Assembly: GCA_012798485.1 (NCBI GenBank)
Contig: JAAZND010000065.1
Span: 1-36,397 of the forward strand
DNA: 36,397 nt
Reading direction: 5' to 3'
Source of the DNA: Candidatus Beckwithbacteria bacterium
Lineage (GTDB): Bacteria > Patescibacteriota > Microgenomatia > UBA1400 > UBA1449
A program made the translations under genes and the position numbers. Positions 24,181 through 32,535 of the stretch are shown here, in pieces (position 1 is the first letter of the stretch; each line of letters opens with the position of its first letter). The notes beneath the pieces are model-generated. The model had not been told where the DNA came from, did not search any database, and saw only the letters and a program-made list of their open reading frames with translations.

Positions 24181-24369
24181 GTGTCAACAACAGCAAAATT
24201 TGTTAAAGATACACAACAAAAACCAAAATATTCGACCAGAAAAAAGAATCGATGCCAGATGTGTGGTAGACCAAGAGCTTATATGAGACATTTTGGTTTA
24301 TGCCGTTTATGTTTTAGAAAATTAGCTCATAAAGGTGAATTGCCAGGTGTCACAAAAGCCAGCTGGTAA
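24181..24369 (+). CDS. rpsN: 30S ribosomal protein S14, short Zn-binding type (GTG start)
   Basis: 62 aa, [10 protein letters not shown]...[22 protein letters not shown]. Confidence 0.97.
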   Translation: MSTTAKFVKDTQQKPKYSTRKKNRCQMCGRPRAYMRHFGLCRLCFRKLAHKGELPGVTKASW

Positions 24370-24453
24370 GCAATTAAAAATAAAAAATAGAAAGAAAAAA
24401 TTTAGCTTTTAGTTTTTCAAAGTTAAGAAACTAAAAAGTTAAAAAAAGTAATA

Positions 24454-24846
24454 ATGTTTACACATACAATAGCCGATATGTTAACTCGCATTAGAAATGG
24501 ATATATGGCAAAAAAAGCCACAGTTGAAGTGCCATATTCTAAGATGAAGACAGAAATTGCCAATCTTTTAGTCAAAGAAGGTTATGTTCAAGCTGTAGAG
24601 GTTAAAGAAGCTGGAGTAAAAAAATCTTTATTAATTAATCTTAAATATCATCAAGGTCAAGCTGCAATTAATAAAATTACAAGAATTTCTAAATCAGGCA
24701 GAAGAATTTATAAAGCTAGTGATAAATTACCATATGTTTTATCTGGACTTGGTGAAGCAATTATTTCAACCTCAAAAGGGATTATGACAGCCAAAGCTGC
24801 TCGTAAAAATAAAATTGGCGGAGAAATAATTTGTTATGTTTATTAA
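24454..24846 (+). CDS. rpsH: 30S ribosomal protein S8
   Basis: IADMLTRIRNG, ISKSGRRIY, GEAIISTSKGIMT...A...GGEIICYV. Confidence 0.98.
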   Translation: MFTHTIADMLTRIRNGYMAKKATVEVPYSKMKTEIANLLVKEGYVQAVEVKEAGVKKSLLINLKYHQGQAAINKITRISKSGRRIYKASDKLPYVLSGLGEAIISTSKGIMTAKAARKNKIGGEIICYVY

Positions 24847-24910
24847 ATTAAGTTTATAAATTTGAATTTTAAATTCAGCCAGTTGGCTGATTAAAATTTT
24901 AAATAAAATT

Positions 24911-25453
24911 GTGTCTAGAATAGGAAAATTACCAATAATCATACCACAAGGAGTTGAAGCCAGAGTTGAAGGCATGACTGTGCTTGTTAAAGGTCCAAAA
25001 GGCGAATTCAAAACTGATTTTAAAAAGGGAGTTCAAGTAGCTGTTCAAGATAATCAAATCGTCGTTTCTAGAGAAAATGAAATTAAAAGTGTGAGATCGA
25101 TGCATGGAGCCATTAGAAATATCATTAACAATGCGGTTACTGGAGTTTGTAATGGATTTGAGAAAAATCTACAATTAATTGGTACCGGATATAGAGTTAA
25201 AATGACTGGAAAAGATTTGGAATTTTCTCTTGGGTTTTCTCACCCAATTATATTTAAAGCACCAGAAGGCATTGTGTTTGTAGTTGATGGTCAAGATAAA
25301 TTAAAAGTAGTAGGAATTGATAGACAATTAGTTGGTCAGACAGCTGCAGAAATCAGAGGTTTAAGACCACCTGAGCCATATAAAGGTAAAGGTATTCGTT
25401 ATCAAGATGAATATGTAGCCAGAAAAGCTGGAAAAGCAGCTAAATCTGAATAA
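24911..25453 (+). CDS. rplF: 50S ribosomal protein L6 (GTG start)
   Basis: MSRIGKLPIIIPQGVE..., LIGTGYRV, GFSHPI, PPEPYKGKGIRY. Confidence 0.98.
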   Translation: MSRIGKLPIIIPQGVEARVEGMTVLVKGPKGEFKTDFKKGVQVAVQDNQIVVSRENEIKSVRSMHGAIRNIINNAVTGVCNGFEKNLQLIGTGYRVKMTGKDLEFSLGFSHPIIFKAPEGIVFVVDGQDKLKVVGIDRQLVGQTAAEIRGLRPPEPYKGKGIRYQDEYVARKAGKAAKSE

Positions 25454-25512
25454 TAAAAAGTTAAAATTAAGATGCTGTTTGCTTTTAAAGCAGATAGGAT
25501 TAAAAGCTAAAA

Positions 25513-25857
25513 ATGATTACAAGATTAAATGCTATAGAACGCAGAATTAAAAGAGTAAGAGCTAGGATCAAGAGAGAGAATCAAGGTAAAATAAAATTAT
25601 CTGTTCATAGAACCAATAAACATATTTACGCTCAATTAATTGAACTTGAGACAGGAAAAGTTCTAGCTTCAAGTTCTGATGCCAAAATAGAAAAAGGCAC
25701 CAAAACTGAAAAAGCTTTAGCAGTTGGCAAAGAAATTGGAGAAAAAGCTGTGGCAAAAAAAATCAAAAGCGTAGTTTTTGATAGAGCTGCCTATAAATAT
25801 CATGGCAGAGTCAAAGCAGTATGTGAAGGAGCTAGAGAAGCTAAGCTAACAATTTAA
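25513..25857 (+). CDS. rplR: 50S ribosomal protein L18
   Basis: RIKRVRARI...KLSVHRTNKHIYAQLI, VFDRAAYKYHGRVKAVCEGAREA. Confidence 0.97.
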   Translation: MITRLNAIERRIKRVRARIKRENQGKIKLSVHRTNKHIYAQLIELETGKVLASSSDAKIEKGTKTEKALAVGKEIGEKAVAKKIKSVVFDRAAYKYHGRVKAVCEGAREAKLTI

Positions 25858-25883
25858 TTTATAAATAAATTTTAAAAAATCTT

Positions 25884-26474
25884 ATGCAAAAAGCAAAATT
25901 TGAACAAAAACCAGAAAGAGAATTTGAAGAAAAAGTGATAGAAATTCGTAGAATTTCTAAAAAAACTAAAGGAGGCAATAAAATTAGTTTTTCTGCTTTG
26001 GTAGTGATTGGTAATAACAAAGGAAGAGCTGGAGTAGGTCTTGATAAAGCTGCTGATGTAGTTTCAGCTATTAAAAAAGCTATTAGAAAAGCTAAAACTA
26101 ATTTAGTTGATTTACAGATTATTAATGGCACCATAGCTCATGAAGTGTTGTATAAAAGAGGAGCTGCCTACATTATGCTTAAACCAGCTCCAGAGGGAAC
26201 AGGAGTTATTGCTGGAGGTTCAGTGAGAGCAGTTGTAGAAGCTTTTGGTATTCGCAATATTGTGTCCAAAAGAATGGGGACAAGCAATAAACCATCTAAT
26301 GTTTATGCCACTTTTGAAGCTTTGAAAACTTTGAAAAAAGCTGAGATAAAAGCTAGCCAAGAAGCTAAACCAGAGGCAAAAAAAGAGTTAAAAGAGGAAA
26401 TTAAAGCAGAAAAAAAACCAAATTCTGCCAAAAAAGCACAAAAATTAAATAACAATAAAATAAATAAATTTTAA
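25884..26474 (+). CDS. rpsE: 30S ribosomal protein S5 (K/E-rich C-terminal extension)
   Basis: VIEIRRISKKTKGGNKISFSALVVIGNNKGRAGVGLDKA, GTGVIAGGSVRAVVE. Confidence 0.97.
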   Translation: MQKAKFEQKPEREFEEKVIEIRRISKKTKGGNKISFSALVVIGNNKGRAGVGLDKAADVVSAIKKAIRKAKTNLVDLQIINGTIAHEVLYKRGAAYIMLKPAPEGTGVIAGGSVRAVVEAFGIRNIVSKRMGTSNKPSNVYATFEALKTLKKAEIKASQEAKPEAKKELKEEIKAEKKPNSAKKAQKLNNNKINKF

Positions 26475-26513
26475 AGATTAATTATTCTTTTTGATTGATT
26501 AATTGAAATAAAA

Positions 26514-26939
26514 ATGGAACTCAATAATTTAGTGAAAACCACCAGCAAAGCTAAAAAAAGAATTGGTAGAGGTTATGGTAGTGGTAAAGGTGGACATACT
26601 TCTTCTAGAGGAGCTAAAGGGCAAAATTCTCGAAGTGGAGGCAGAGTTGCTTTAGATTTTGAAGGAACAAAGAAAAATAAAGATTTTTTCAGAAGAGTCC
26701 CAATGCTGAGAGGTAAAAGTAAACTTAAATCACATCTAGCAAAACCAGTAATTATTTATAACTCTGAATTAGCTATTTTTGATGATGGAGCTATCGTTGA
26801 TGAAAAAGCCTTAGTTGCTAAAAAATTAATCAGTGCTAAAAATTTACAAATGTTTGGTGTGAAGATCTTATTTGATAAAGCTATTGATAAAAAATTAGAG
26901 ATCAAAATACCTGCTTCTAAAGCAGTTTTGAAAAAGTAA
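26514..26939 (+). CDS. rplO: 50S ribosomal protein L15
   Basis: KRIGRGYGSGKGGHTSSRGAKGQNSRSGG. It follows rpsE directly, with no L30 gene between them. Confidence 0.95.
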   Translation: MELNNLVKTTSKAKKRIGRGYGSGKGGHTSSRGAKGQNSRSGGRVALDFEGTKKNKDFFRRVPMLRGKSKLKSHLAKPVIIYNSELAIFDDGAIVDEKALVAKKLISAKNLQMFGVKILFDKAIDKKLEIKIPASKAVLKK

Positions 26940-26967
26940 GAAAAATTTGTTTTAATTAAGAGTAGAT

Positions 26968-26991
26968 ACTTGCCATAATGCAAGTTTTTTA
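26968..26991 (+). terminator. intrinsic-terminator-like hairpin between rplO and secY
   Basis: ACTTGC-CATAAT-GCAAGT followed by TTTTTAG. Confidence 0.5.
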
Positions 26992-27041
26992 GTTTTATTA
27001 AAAATCCCTTTTAAATTTCTTTTTAAAAGAAACATCAAGAC

Positions 27042-28313
27042 ATGATATGGGAAACTATTTCTTCTATTTGGCAAAATACACAACTTCGCAAAAGGTTTCT
27101 TTTTACGATTTTTATTTTTATAGTTTTTAGACTAATTGCTCATATTCCTTTAGCTGGTGTAAATCGAGCAGCCTTAACTGAGTTATTCTCTTCTAACCAA
27201 TTGCTAGGACTTTTAGATATTTTTTCAGGAGGAACTTTAGCAAACTTTTCTATTTTGGCTTTAGGTTTAGGACCTTATATTAATGCTTCGATTATTCTAA
27301 ATCTGTTAACAGTAGTTATCCCTCAACTTGAAGAATTATCTAAAGAAGGGGATTATGGTAGGCAGAAAATTAACCAGTATACCAGATTTTTAACGGTTCC
27401 TCTTTCAATTTTCCAGGCTTTTGGGATGATTACAATTTTACGTTCACAAAATATTATTACTTATAATGAACCATTAATGATTGTCTTGATGATTTTAACA
27501 ATGGTCACTGGGACTTTATTTGTGATGTGGCTCGGAGAACTTTTAACCGAATTTGGCATTGGAAACGGGATTTCCTTATTAATCTTTGCCGGAATTGTTG
27601 CTAGATTGCCAATTTCTTTTTTACAAACCATTTCTATCGCCGATACTTTTGATCCTATGAATATTTTTGTTTTTATTTCTATGGCTTTGATTTTAATAGT
27701 CGGAATAGTAATTATCAACGAAGCTACCAGAAAGATCCCTATTTCTTACGCTAGACGTCAGAGAGGTTCTCAAGGAATTGCTTCTATTCAATCTCATATT
27801 CCTTTGCGTTTGAATCAAGCTGGAGTAATTCCTATCATCTTTGCGGTTTCTTTGGTTTTAGCTCCTTCTTTTTTGGGTAAGTTTTTACAAACCATACCTC
27901 AATATTCAAATCTAGGGATTAAATTAGAAACTTTATTTAATCCAAACAATTGGGTTTATAATCTGACTTATTTTCTTTTAGTAGTTATTTTTACTTATTT
28001 TTATACAGCTGTCACTTTCAATCCTCAAAAAATTGCTGATGAGGTTAAAAAACAAGGTGGTTTTATTCCAGGTATTAGGCCTGGTGAAGCGACTTCAAAA
28101 TATCTGAATAAAGTTTTAACAAGAATTACTTTTGTGGGAGCAATCTTTTTGGGTGTTATTGCTATTTTGCCTACTTTTGCTAGAAATTTGACCGGAATCA
28201 GTACTTTTACTGTTGGTGGGACTAGTATTTTGATTGTGGTTTCTGTAGTTTTGGAAACCAGCAAGGCTTTACAGGCTCAATTAGTCATGAGAAATTATGA
28301 CAAATTTTTATAA
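27042..28313 (+). CDS. secY: preprotein translocase subunit SecY
   Basis: Ten-TM profile, [42 protein letters not shown]. Confidence 0.98.
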   Translation: MIWETISSIWQNTQLRKRFLFTIFIFIVFRLIAHIPLAGVNRAALTELFSSNQLLGLLDIFSGGTLANFSILALGLGPYINASIILNLLTVVIPQLEELSKEGDYGRQKINQYTRFLTVPLSIFQAFGMITILRSQNIITYNEPLMIVLMILTMVTGTLFVMWLGELLTEFGIGNGISLLIFAGIVARLPISFLQTISIADTFDPMNIFVFISMALILIVGIVIINEATRKIPISYARRQRGSQGIASIQSHIPLRLNQAGVIPIIFAVSLVLAPSFLGKFLQTIPQYSNLGIKLETLFNPNNWVYNLTYFLLVVIFTYFYTAVTFNPQKIADEVKKQGGFIPGIRPGEATSKYLNKVLTRITFVGAIFLGVIAILPTFARNLTGISTFTVGGTSILIVVSVVLETSKALQAQLVMRNYDKFL

Positions 28314-28384
28314 TTAGTTATGAATTCGAATTTAAAGATTTGAAATAAATTGAGAATTTTAAATCTTATATTTCGAATTTATCT

Positions 28385-28990
28385 ATGTTTATTATCATCT
28401 ATGGTCCAGAAGGTTCAGGCAAAAGCACTCAATGTCAATTGTTAGCAGAGAGATTAGAATTAACAAAATTAGGATCTGGAGATTTAGTGCGAAAATATGC
28501 GAAAGAAGATAAAGGGATTATTGGTGAAATTTGTAAAGGTGCTTTACAAAAAGGTCATTATGTAGCTGATTCAGAAATGTTTGTGATGTGGAAACAGCGT
28601 TTTAAAGAGCCTGATGTGGAAAAAGGTTTTGTAATTGAAGGTTTTCCTCGTAATATGACACAGGCTTTATTTTTAGATGACAAATTAAATAAATATAAGA
28701 AGGAAGCTACAATGGTAATTTATCTTAGAGTCAGAGAAAAAGTTTCGATAGAAAGACTTTTAAAAAGAGGCAGAAGAAATCCAGATGGTAGTTTGGCTGA
28801 TTCGTCCGAGAATATTCAAGAAAGACTGCGAAGATATAAAGCCGAAGAAAAGGATGTTTTAAAATTTTATCGTGATAAAGGTGTTTTATACGAAATTGAT
28901 GGAGAAGGAACAATTGAGGATATTCACGAAAATATTGTAGCTAAAGCTTTAGAAATTAAAGAAAAGTTGAATGGCGATGAAACAAAATAA
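28385..28990 (+). CDS. adk: adenylate kinase-like nucleoside-monophosphate kinase (divergent P-loop, short lid)
   Basis: P-loop GPEGSGKST, GDLVR, FVIEGFPRN, RGRRNPDGSLADS.ENIQERLRRY. It occupies the conserved slot between secY and map. Confidence 0.8.
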   Translation: MFIIIYGPEGSGKSTQCQLLAERLELTKLGSGDLVRKYAKEDKGIIGEICKGALQKGHYVADSEMFVMWKQRFKEPDVEKGFVIEGFPRNMTQALFLDDKLNKYKKEATMVIYLRVREKVSIERLLKRGRRNPDGSLADSSENIQERLRRYKAEEKDVLKFYRDKGVLYEIDGEGTIEDIHENIVAKALEIKEKLNGDETK

Positions 28991-29675
28991 TTTTTTACAA
29001 ATCGCCATAGATGGGCCAGTCGGAGCGGGAAAAAGTATTATTGCCAATCTTCTATCTAAAAAATTAGGTATAGTTTATGTTTATACTGGAGCTATGTATC
29101 GGGCGGTAGCTTATTTAGGTTTAAGAAATAACCTTAGTTTAGAAAATAATGAAGAAAAAATTTTTACTCTTTTACAAAAAGCTGAGATTGAGCTTACTCC
29201 TACAGATCAAAAAGATAGAGTTTGTAATGTCCTCATTGATGGAGAAGATGTAAGTGATGAATTATTTACTCCAGAAGTGAGCTGGGGTTCTTCGGTAGTA
29301 GCTACTTATCCTAAAATCCGTCAAGAATTGGTGAAAAGACAACAAAAAATTGCTCAAGGTCAATCAGTGATTATGGAAGGCAGAGATATCGCTTTAAGAG
29401 TTTTACCTGAGGCTCAAATTAAAATTTTTATGACAGCAGATGTCAAGGTGAGAGCTCAAAGGAGATGGCGGGACTTACAAAAAAAAGGATATCAAAAGAC
29501 TTATGAAGAAGTATTAAATGAGACGATAGATCGCGATTATCAAGATTCTCATCGCGAAACTGACCCTTTAAAAAAAGTAGCTGAAGCATGGGTGCTAGAT
29601 ACCACCAATTTAACTATCGAAGAAGTTGTTGATCTTATCTGCCAGAAGATTAAAGAAAAAGGATTAATCAAATGA
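28971..29675 (+). CDS. cmk: cytidylate kinase
   Basis: IAIDGPVGAGKSIIA..., YTGAMYRAVA, MEGRDI, RAQRR, DRDYQDSHRE. It overlaps adk by 20 nt, and its TGA stop overlaps the map ATG (ATGA). Confidence 0.9.
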   Translation: MAMKQNNFLQIAIDGPVGAGKSIIANLLSKKLGIVYVYTGAMYRAVAYLGLRNNLSLENNEEKIFTLLQKAEIELTPTDQKDRVCNVLIDGEDVSDELFTPEVSWGSSVVATYPKIRQELVKRQQKIAQGQSVIMEGRDIALRVLPEAQIKIFMTADVKVRAQRRWRDLQKKGYQKTYEEVLNETIDRDYQDSHRETDPLKKVAEAWVLDTTNLTIEEVVDLICQKIKEKGLIK

Positions 29676-30460
29676 AAATAGATCTTAAAAAACCGGAACA
29701 GATTGAAAAAATGAAAACAGGTGGAGAAAAATTAGCTTCTATTCTATTTGCTTTAATTGCTGAAGTAAAAATAGGTGATAAATTGATCGAAATTGAAAAA
29801 AAAGCTTGGGAAGGGATTGAAAAACAAGGCGGTAAACCAGGATTTTCTTTAGTTGACGGTTATCATTGGGCTACCTGTATTAATATTAATGAAGGCATTG
29901 TTCACGGGATACCTACAGAAAGAGTTTTAGAGGCTGGAGATATAGTTTCCATTGATATTGGAATGTTTTATAAAGGTTTTCACACTGATATGTCTTACAC
30001 TTTTAAACTTCCAGGGGAAAACAAACTAGAAAAAAATGAACAAGAGATCACGCACTTTTTAGCAGTTGGCAAACAAGCCTTAGAAGAATCTTTACAACAA
30101 ATCAGACCAGGCCAGAGAATCGGTCATATTAGTCAAAAAATGCAGACAATAATCGAAGGCAATGGTTATAGTTGTATGAGAAATCTTACTGGCCATGGGA
30201 TTGGCAGAAAATTGCATGAATATCCACCAGTTCCTTGTTTTTTAAATATGCCAATTGAAGAGACATTGGTTTTAAGAGAAGGTATGACTTTAGCCATAGA
30301 AGTTTTATATGCTCAGGGAGGATGGCAGAATAAAACAGATGAAAAAGATGGTTGGACAATTAGAACAGCAGATGGTAAAATATCAGCGGTGTTTGAAAAA
30401 ACCATCGCGGTATCAGGCGATGGTTGTTTGATTTTAACGCCGCATTTAATTAAAAACTAA
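29672..30460 (+). CDS. map: type I methionine aminopeptidase
   Basis: Metal ligands are in context: DIVSIDIG...HTDMSYTF, GHGIGRKLHE, LAIEV, FEKTI. Confidence 0.95.
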   Translation: MKIDLKKPEQIEKMKTGGEKLASILFALIAEVKIGDKLIEIEKKAWEGIEKQGGKPGFSLVDGYHWATCININEGIVHGIPTERVLEAGDIVSIDIGMFYKGFHTDMSYTFKLPGENKLEKNEQEITHFLAVGKQALEESLQQIRPGQRIGHISQKMQTIIEGNGYSCMRNLTGHGIGRKLHEYPPVPCFLNMPIEETLVLREGMTLAIEVLYAQGGWQNKTDEKDGWTIRTADGKISAVFEKTIAVSGDGCLILTPHLIKN

Positions 30461-30487
30461 AAAACAAGAAAATTAATTAGTTTAGAT

Positions 30488-30516
30488 TTGCTAAGCGATT
30501 AATTTTCTGTTATAAT
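30488..30516 (+). promoter_or_regulatory. strong sigma70-like promoter TTGCTA-17 nt-(TGT)TATAAT upstream of infA
   Basis: -35 at 30488-30493. Extended -10 TGTTATAAT at 30508-30516. The infA ATG at 31 lies only about 15 nt downstream of the -10. Confidence 0.6.
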
Positions 30517-30530
30517 TCACCTCTGTAAAT

Positions 30531-30752
30531 ATGGCAAAACAAGATGTCATTGTAAAAGACGGAACAATAGTAGAAGCTTTGCCTAATACTGCTTTCCGCG
30601 TTGAGCTTGATGAAGATAAAAGATTGGTTTTGGCTACTTTATCTGGGAAAATGAGAATGTACAAAATTAGAGTGATGCCAGGAGATAGAGTAAAATTAGA
30701 ATTTACTCCATATGACGATACCAAGGGGAGAATTGTTTTTAGAGTTAAATAG
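30531..30752 (+). CDS. infA: translation initiation factor IF-1
   Basis: [26 protein letters not shown]..., [31 protein letters not shown]. Confidence 0.98.
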   Translation: MAKQDVIVKDGTIVEALPNTAFRVELDEDKRLVLATLSGKMRMYKIRVMPGDRVKLEFTPYDDTKGRIVFRVK

Positions 30753-30772
30753 TTTATTAATTTATTTTAAAA

Positions 30773-30886
30773 ATGAAAATACAAGCAAGTGTCAAAAAAA
30801 TTTGTAGAAATTGTAAAATCGTCAGAAGAAGAGGACGATTAACTGTAATTTGTAAAAATAAAAAACATAAACAGAGACAAGGATAA
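30773..30886 (+). CDS. rpmJ: 50S ribosomal protein L36 (37 aa; absent from the ORF track)
   Basis: My own translation: [37 protein letters not shown], with the canonical CxxC...C....H pattern and the conserved position infA-rpmJ-rpsM. Confidence 0.95.
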   Translation: MKIQASVKKICRNCKIVRRRGRLTVICKNKKHKQRQG

Positions 30887-30906
30887 ACTAAATTAAAATT
30901 GAAAAT

Positions 30907-30936
30907 GAAAAATTTAAAAATTATTTTTAATTTTTC
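30907..30936 (+). promoter_or_regulatory. A/T stem-loop in the rpmJ-rpsM spacer
   Basis: GAAAAATTTAAAAAT / ATTTTTAATTTTTC (one bulged T). The right arm contains ATTTTTAATTTTT (30923-30935). Confidence 0.5.
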
Positions 30937-30959
30937 TTTTATAATTTTAAATTAAATCA

Positions 30960-31364
30960 GTGCCAAGAATAGTCGGAGTAGATATACCAGAAAATAAAAG
31001 AATAGAAGCATCACTTCAATACATTTATGGAGTTGGTAGCACTAATGTTAAAACTATTTTGAAATTGGCCAATATTGATCCAGATAAAAGAGCTAAAGAT
31101 TTAACTGATCAAGAAATTTTAAGAATTGTGAAATCCTTGGAAACTATTCCCACAGAAGGAGTTTTGCGAAAAATTGTTAGTGACAATATTCAAAGATTAA
31201 AACAGATTAGAACTTATCGAGGGATTAGACATATGCAAAGACTGCCAGTAAGAGGACAAAGAACTAGAGTTAATGCTAGAACTAAAAGAGGCAAAAGATT
31301 AACAGTAGGCGCTTTAACCAAAGAAATGGCGCAAAAATTAGATGAAGCTAAAAAAGCTAAATAA
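30960..31364 (+). CDS. rpsM: 30S ribosomal protein S13 (GTG start)
   Basis: MPRIVGVDIPENKRIEASLQYIYGVG, YRGIRHMQRLPVRGQRTRVNARTKRG. Confidence 0.98.
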   Translation: MPRIVGVDIPENKRIEASLQYIYGVGSTNVKTILKLANIDPDKRAKDLTDQEILRIVKSLETIPTEGVLRKIVSDNIQRLKQIRTYRGIRHMQRLPVRGQRTRVNARTKRGKRLTVGALTKEMAQKLDEAKKAK

Positions 31365-31376
31365 ATTTATTAAAAT

Positions 31377-31766
31377 ATGGCAACCAAAACTCAAAAAACC
31401 CAAACTGCAAAAAATAAAAATTTAACTAAAGGTAATATTTACGTTGTAGCAACTTTTAATAATACTTTAATCACGATTACAGATGACAATGGTAATACTT
31501 TTTGTTGGGGTTCAACCGGAAAGGTAGGGTTCAAAGGGTCAAGAAGATCTACTCCTTATGCTGCTACTACAGCCGTTGATGCTGTAGTCAAAGAAGCTAA
31601 AGAAATGGGACTTAAACAAGCTAAAGTTTTTATTAAAGGACCAGGAGTGGGACGAGATGCTGCTTTAAGAGTATTAAGATCTAGTGGGATTAGAATTACT
31701 CAAATTGCAGATGTGACACCTATTCCACATAATGGTTGTAGACCACAGAAAAAAAGAAAAGGATAA
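31377..31766 (+). CDS. rpsK: 30S ribosomal protein S11
   Basis: GNIYVVATFNNTLITITDDNGN, GFKGSRRSTPYAA, ITQIADVTPIPHNGCRPQKKR. Confidence 0.98.
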   Translation: MATKTQKTQTAKNKNLTKGNIYVVATFNNTLITITDDNGNTFCWGSTGKVGFKGSRRSTPYAATTAVDAVVKEAKEMGLKQAKVFIKGPGVGRDAALRVLRSSGIRITQIADVTPIPHNGCRPQKKRKG

Positions 31767-31784
31767 ACATTAATTAAAAATTAT

Positions 31785-31820
31785 AAATGAAAGATTTAAA
31801 GTTATTTTAATCTTTCATTT
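31785..31820 (+). promoter_or_regulatory. perfect 12-bp stem-loop in the rpsK-rpsD spacer
   Basis: AAATGAAAGATT (31785-31796) / AATCTTTCATTT (31809-31820), 12-nt loop. The rpsD ATG lies 11 nt downstream. Confidence 0.55.
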
Positions 31821-31830
31821 TATTTATCTA

Positions 31831-32442
31831 ATGGCTAGATATACAGGACCAAAAAATCGCTTAGCAAGAAAAATCGGTCAAGATTTAGAACTAAAAACTA
31901 AAGTTGTTAAACTTGATAGAAGATTACAAATCCCTCCTGGGCAACATGGGCCTAAAGGTAGATCGAGAAAAATTTCTGATTTTGGTATTCAATTAGCTGA
32001 AAAACAAAAAGTAAAATATACTTATGGTGTTTTGGAAAAACAATTTAGAAGATATTTTGAAAAAGCTGCTAAAGATCCCAAAGCTACAGGTGTGAAGCTT
32101 TTACAGTTGTTAGAACTTCGTTTGGATAATTTGTTATATCGTTTGAGTTTTGCTCCAACTAGAGCTGCAGCCAGACAATTTGTGACTCATGGTCATGTTT
32201 TGGTTAATGGCAAAAAAAATAGCATTCCATCTTATCAAGTTAGAATTGGAGATATTATTACAATCACAGAAAAAATAGCTCAAAATCCAGTAGTTAAAGA
32301 ACTTAGTCAAAATAAAAATGCTAAGATTCCTGCATGGATTGAGAGAAAAGCTTTAGTAGGTAAAATTATAAGAGAACCAGAAAGAGAAGAAATTGATGCT
32401 GGAATTAACGAACAGTTGATTGTTGAGTATTATTCAAGATAA
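31831..32442 (+). CDS. rpsD: 30S ribosomal protein S4 (Cys-less N-terminus)
   Basis: MARYTGPKNRLARKIG, YGVLEKQFRRYF, RLDNLLYRLSFAPTRAAARQFVTHGH..VNGK. Confidence 0.98.
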   Translation: MARYTGPKNRLARKIGQDLELKTKVVKLDRRLQIPPGQHGPKGRSRKISDFGIQLAEKQKVKYTYGVLEKQFRRYFEKAAKDPKATGVKLLQLLELRLDNLLYRLSFAPTRAAARQFVTHGHVLVNGKKNSIPSYQVRIGDIITITEKIAQNPVVKELSQNKNAKIPAWIERKALVGKIIREPEREEIDAGINEQLIVEYYSR

Positions 32443-32453
32443 TAATTTAAAAG

Positions 32454-32526
32454 TTGAAAATTCAAATTAAAAACTAGCAAAACAAAAACAAATGAAAATT
32501 AATTTTCCATTTGTCATTTTGAATTT
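32454..32526 (+). promoter_or_regulatory. nested stem-loops in the rpsD-rpoA spacer
   Basis: Inner CAAATGAAAATT (32489-32500) / AATTTTC(C)ATTTG (32501-32513). The outer AAATTCAAA pairs with TTTGAATTT near 32518-32526. Confidence 0.45.
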
Positions 32527-32535
32527 ATAAAAAAT

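Noticed and set aside
11188-32535. Possibility that the recurring spacer hairpins are a CRISPR array or other regular repeat array
   Set aside because: The copies are kilobases apart, each lies between conserved genes, they vary in sequence and length, and there are no uniform repeat-spacer units or cas genes.
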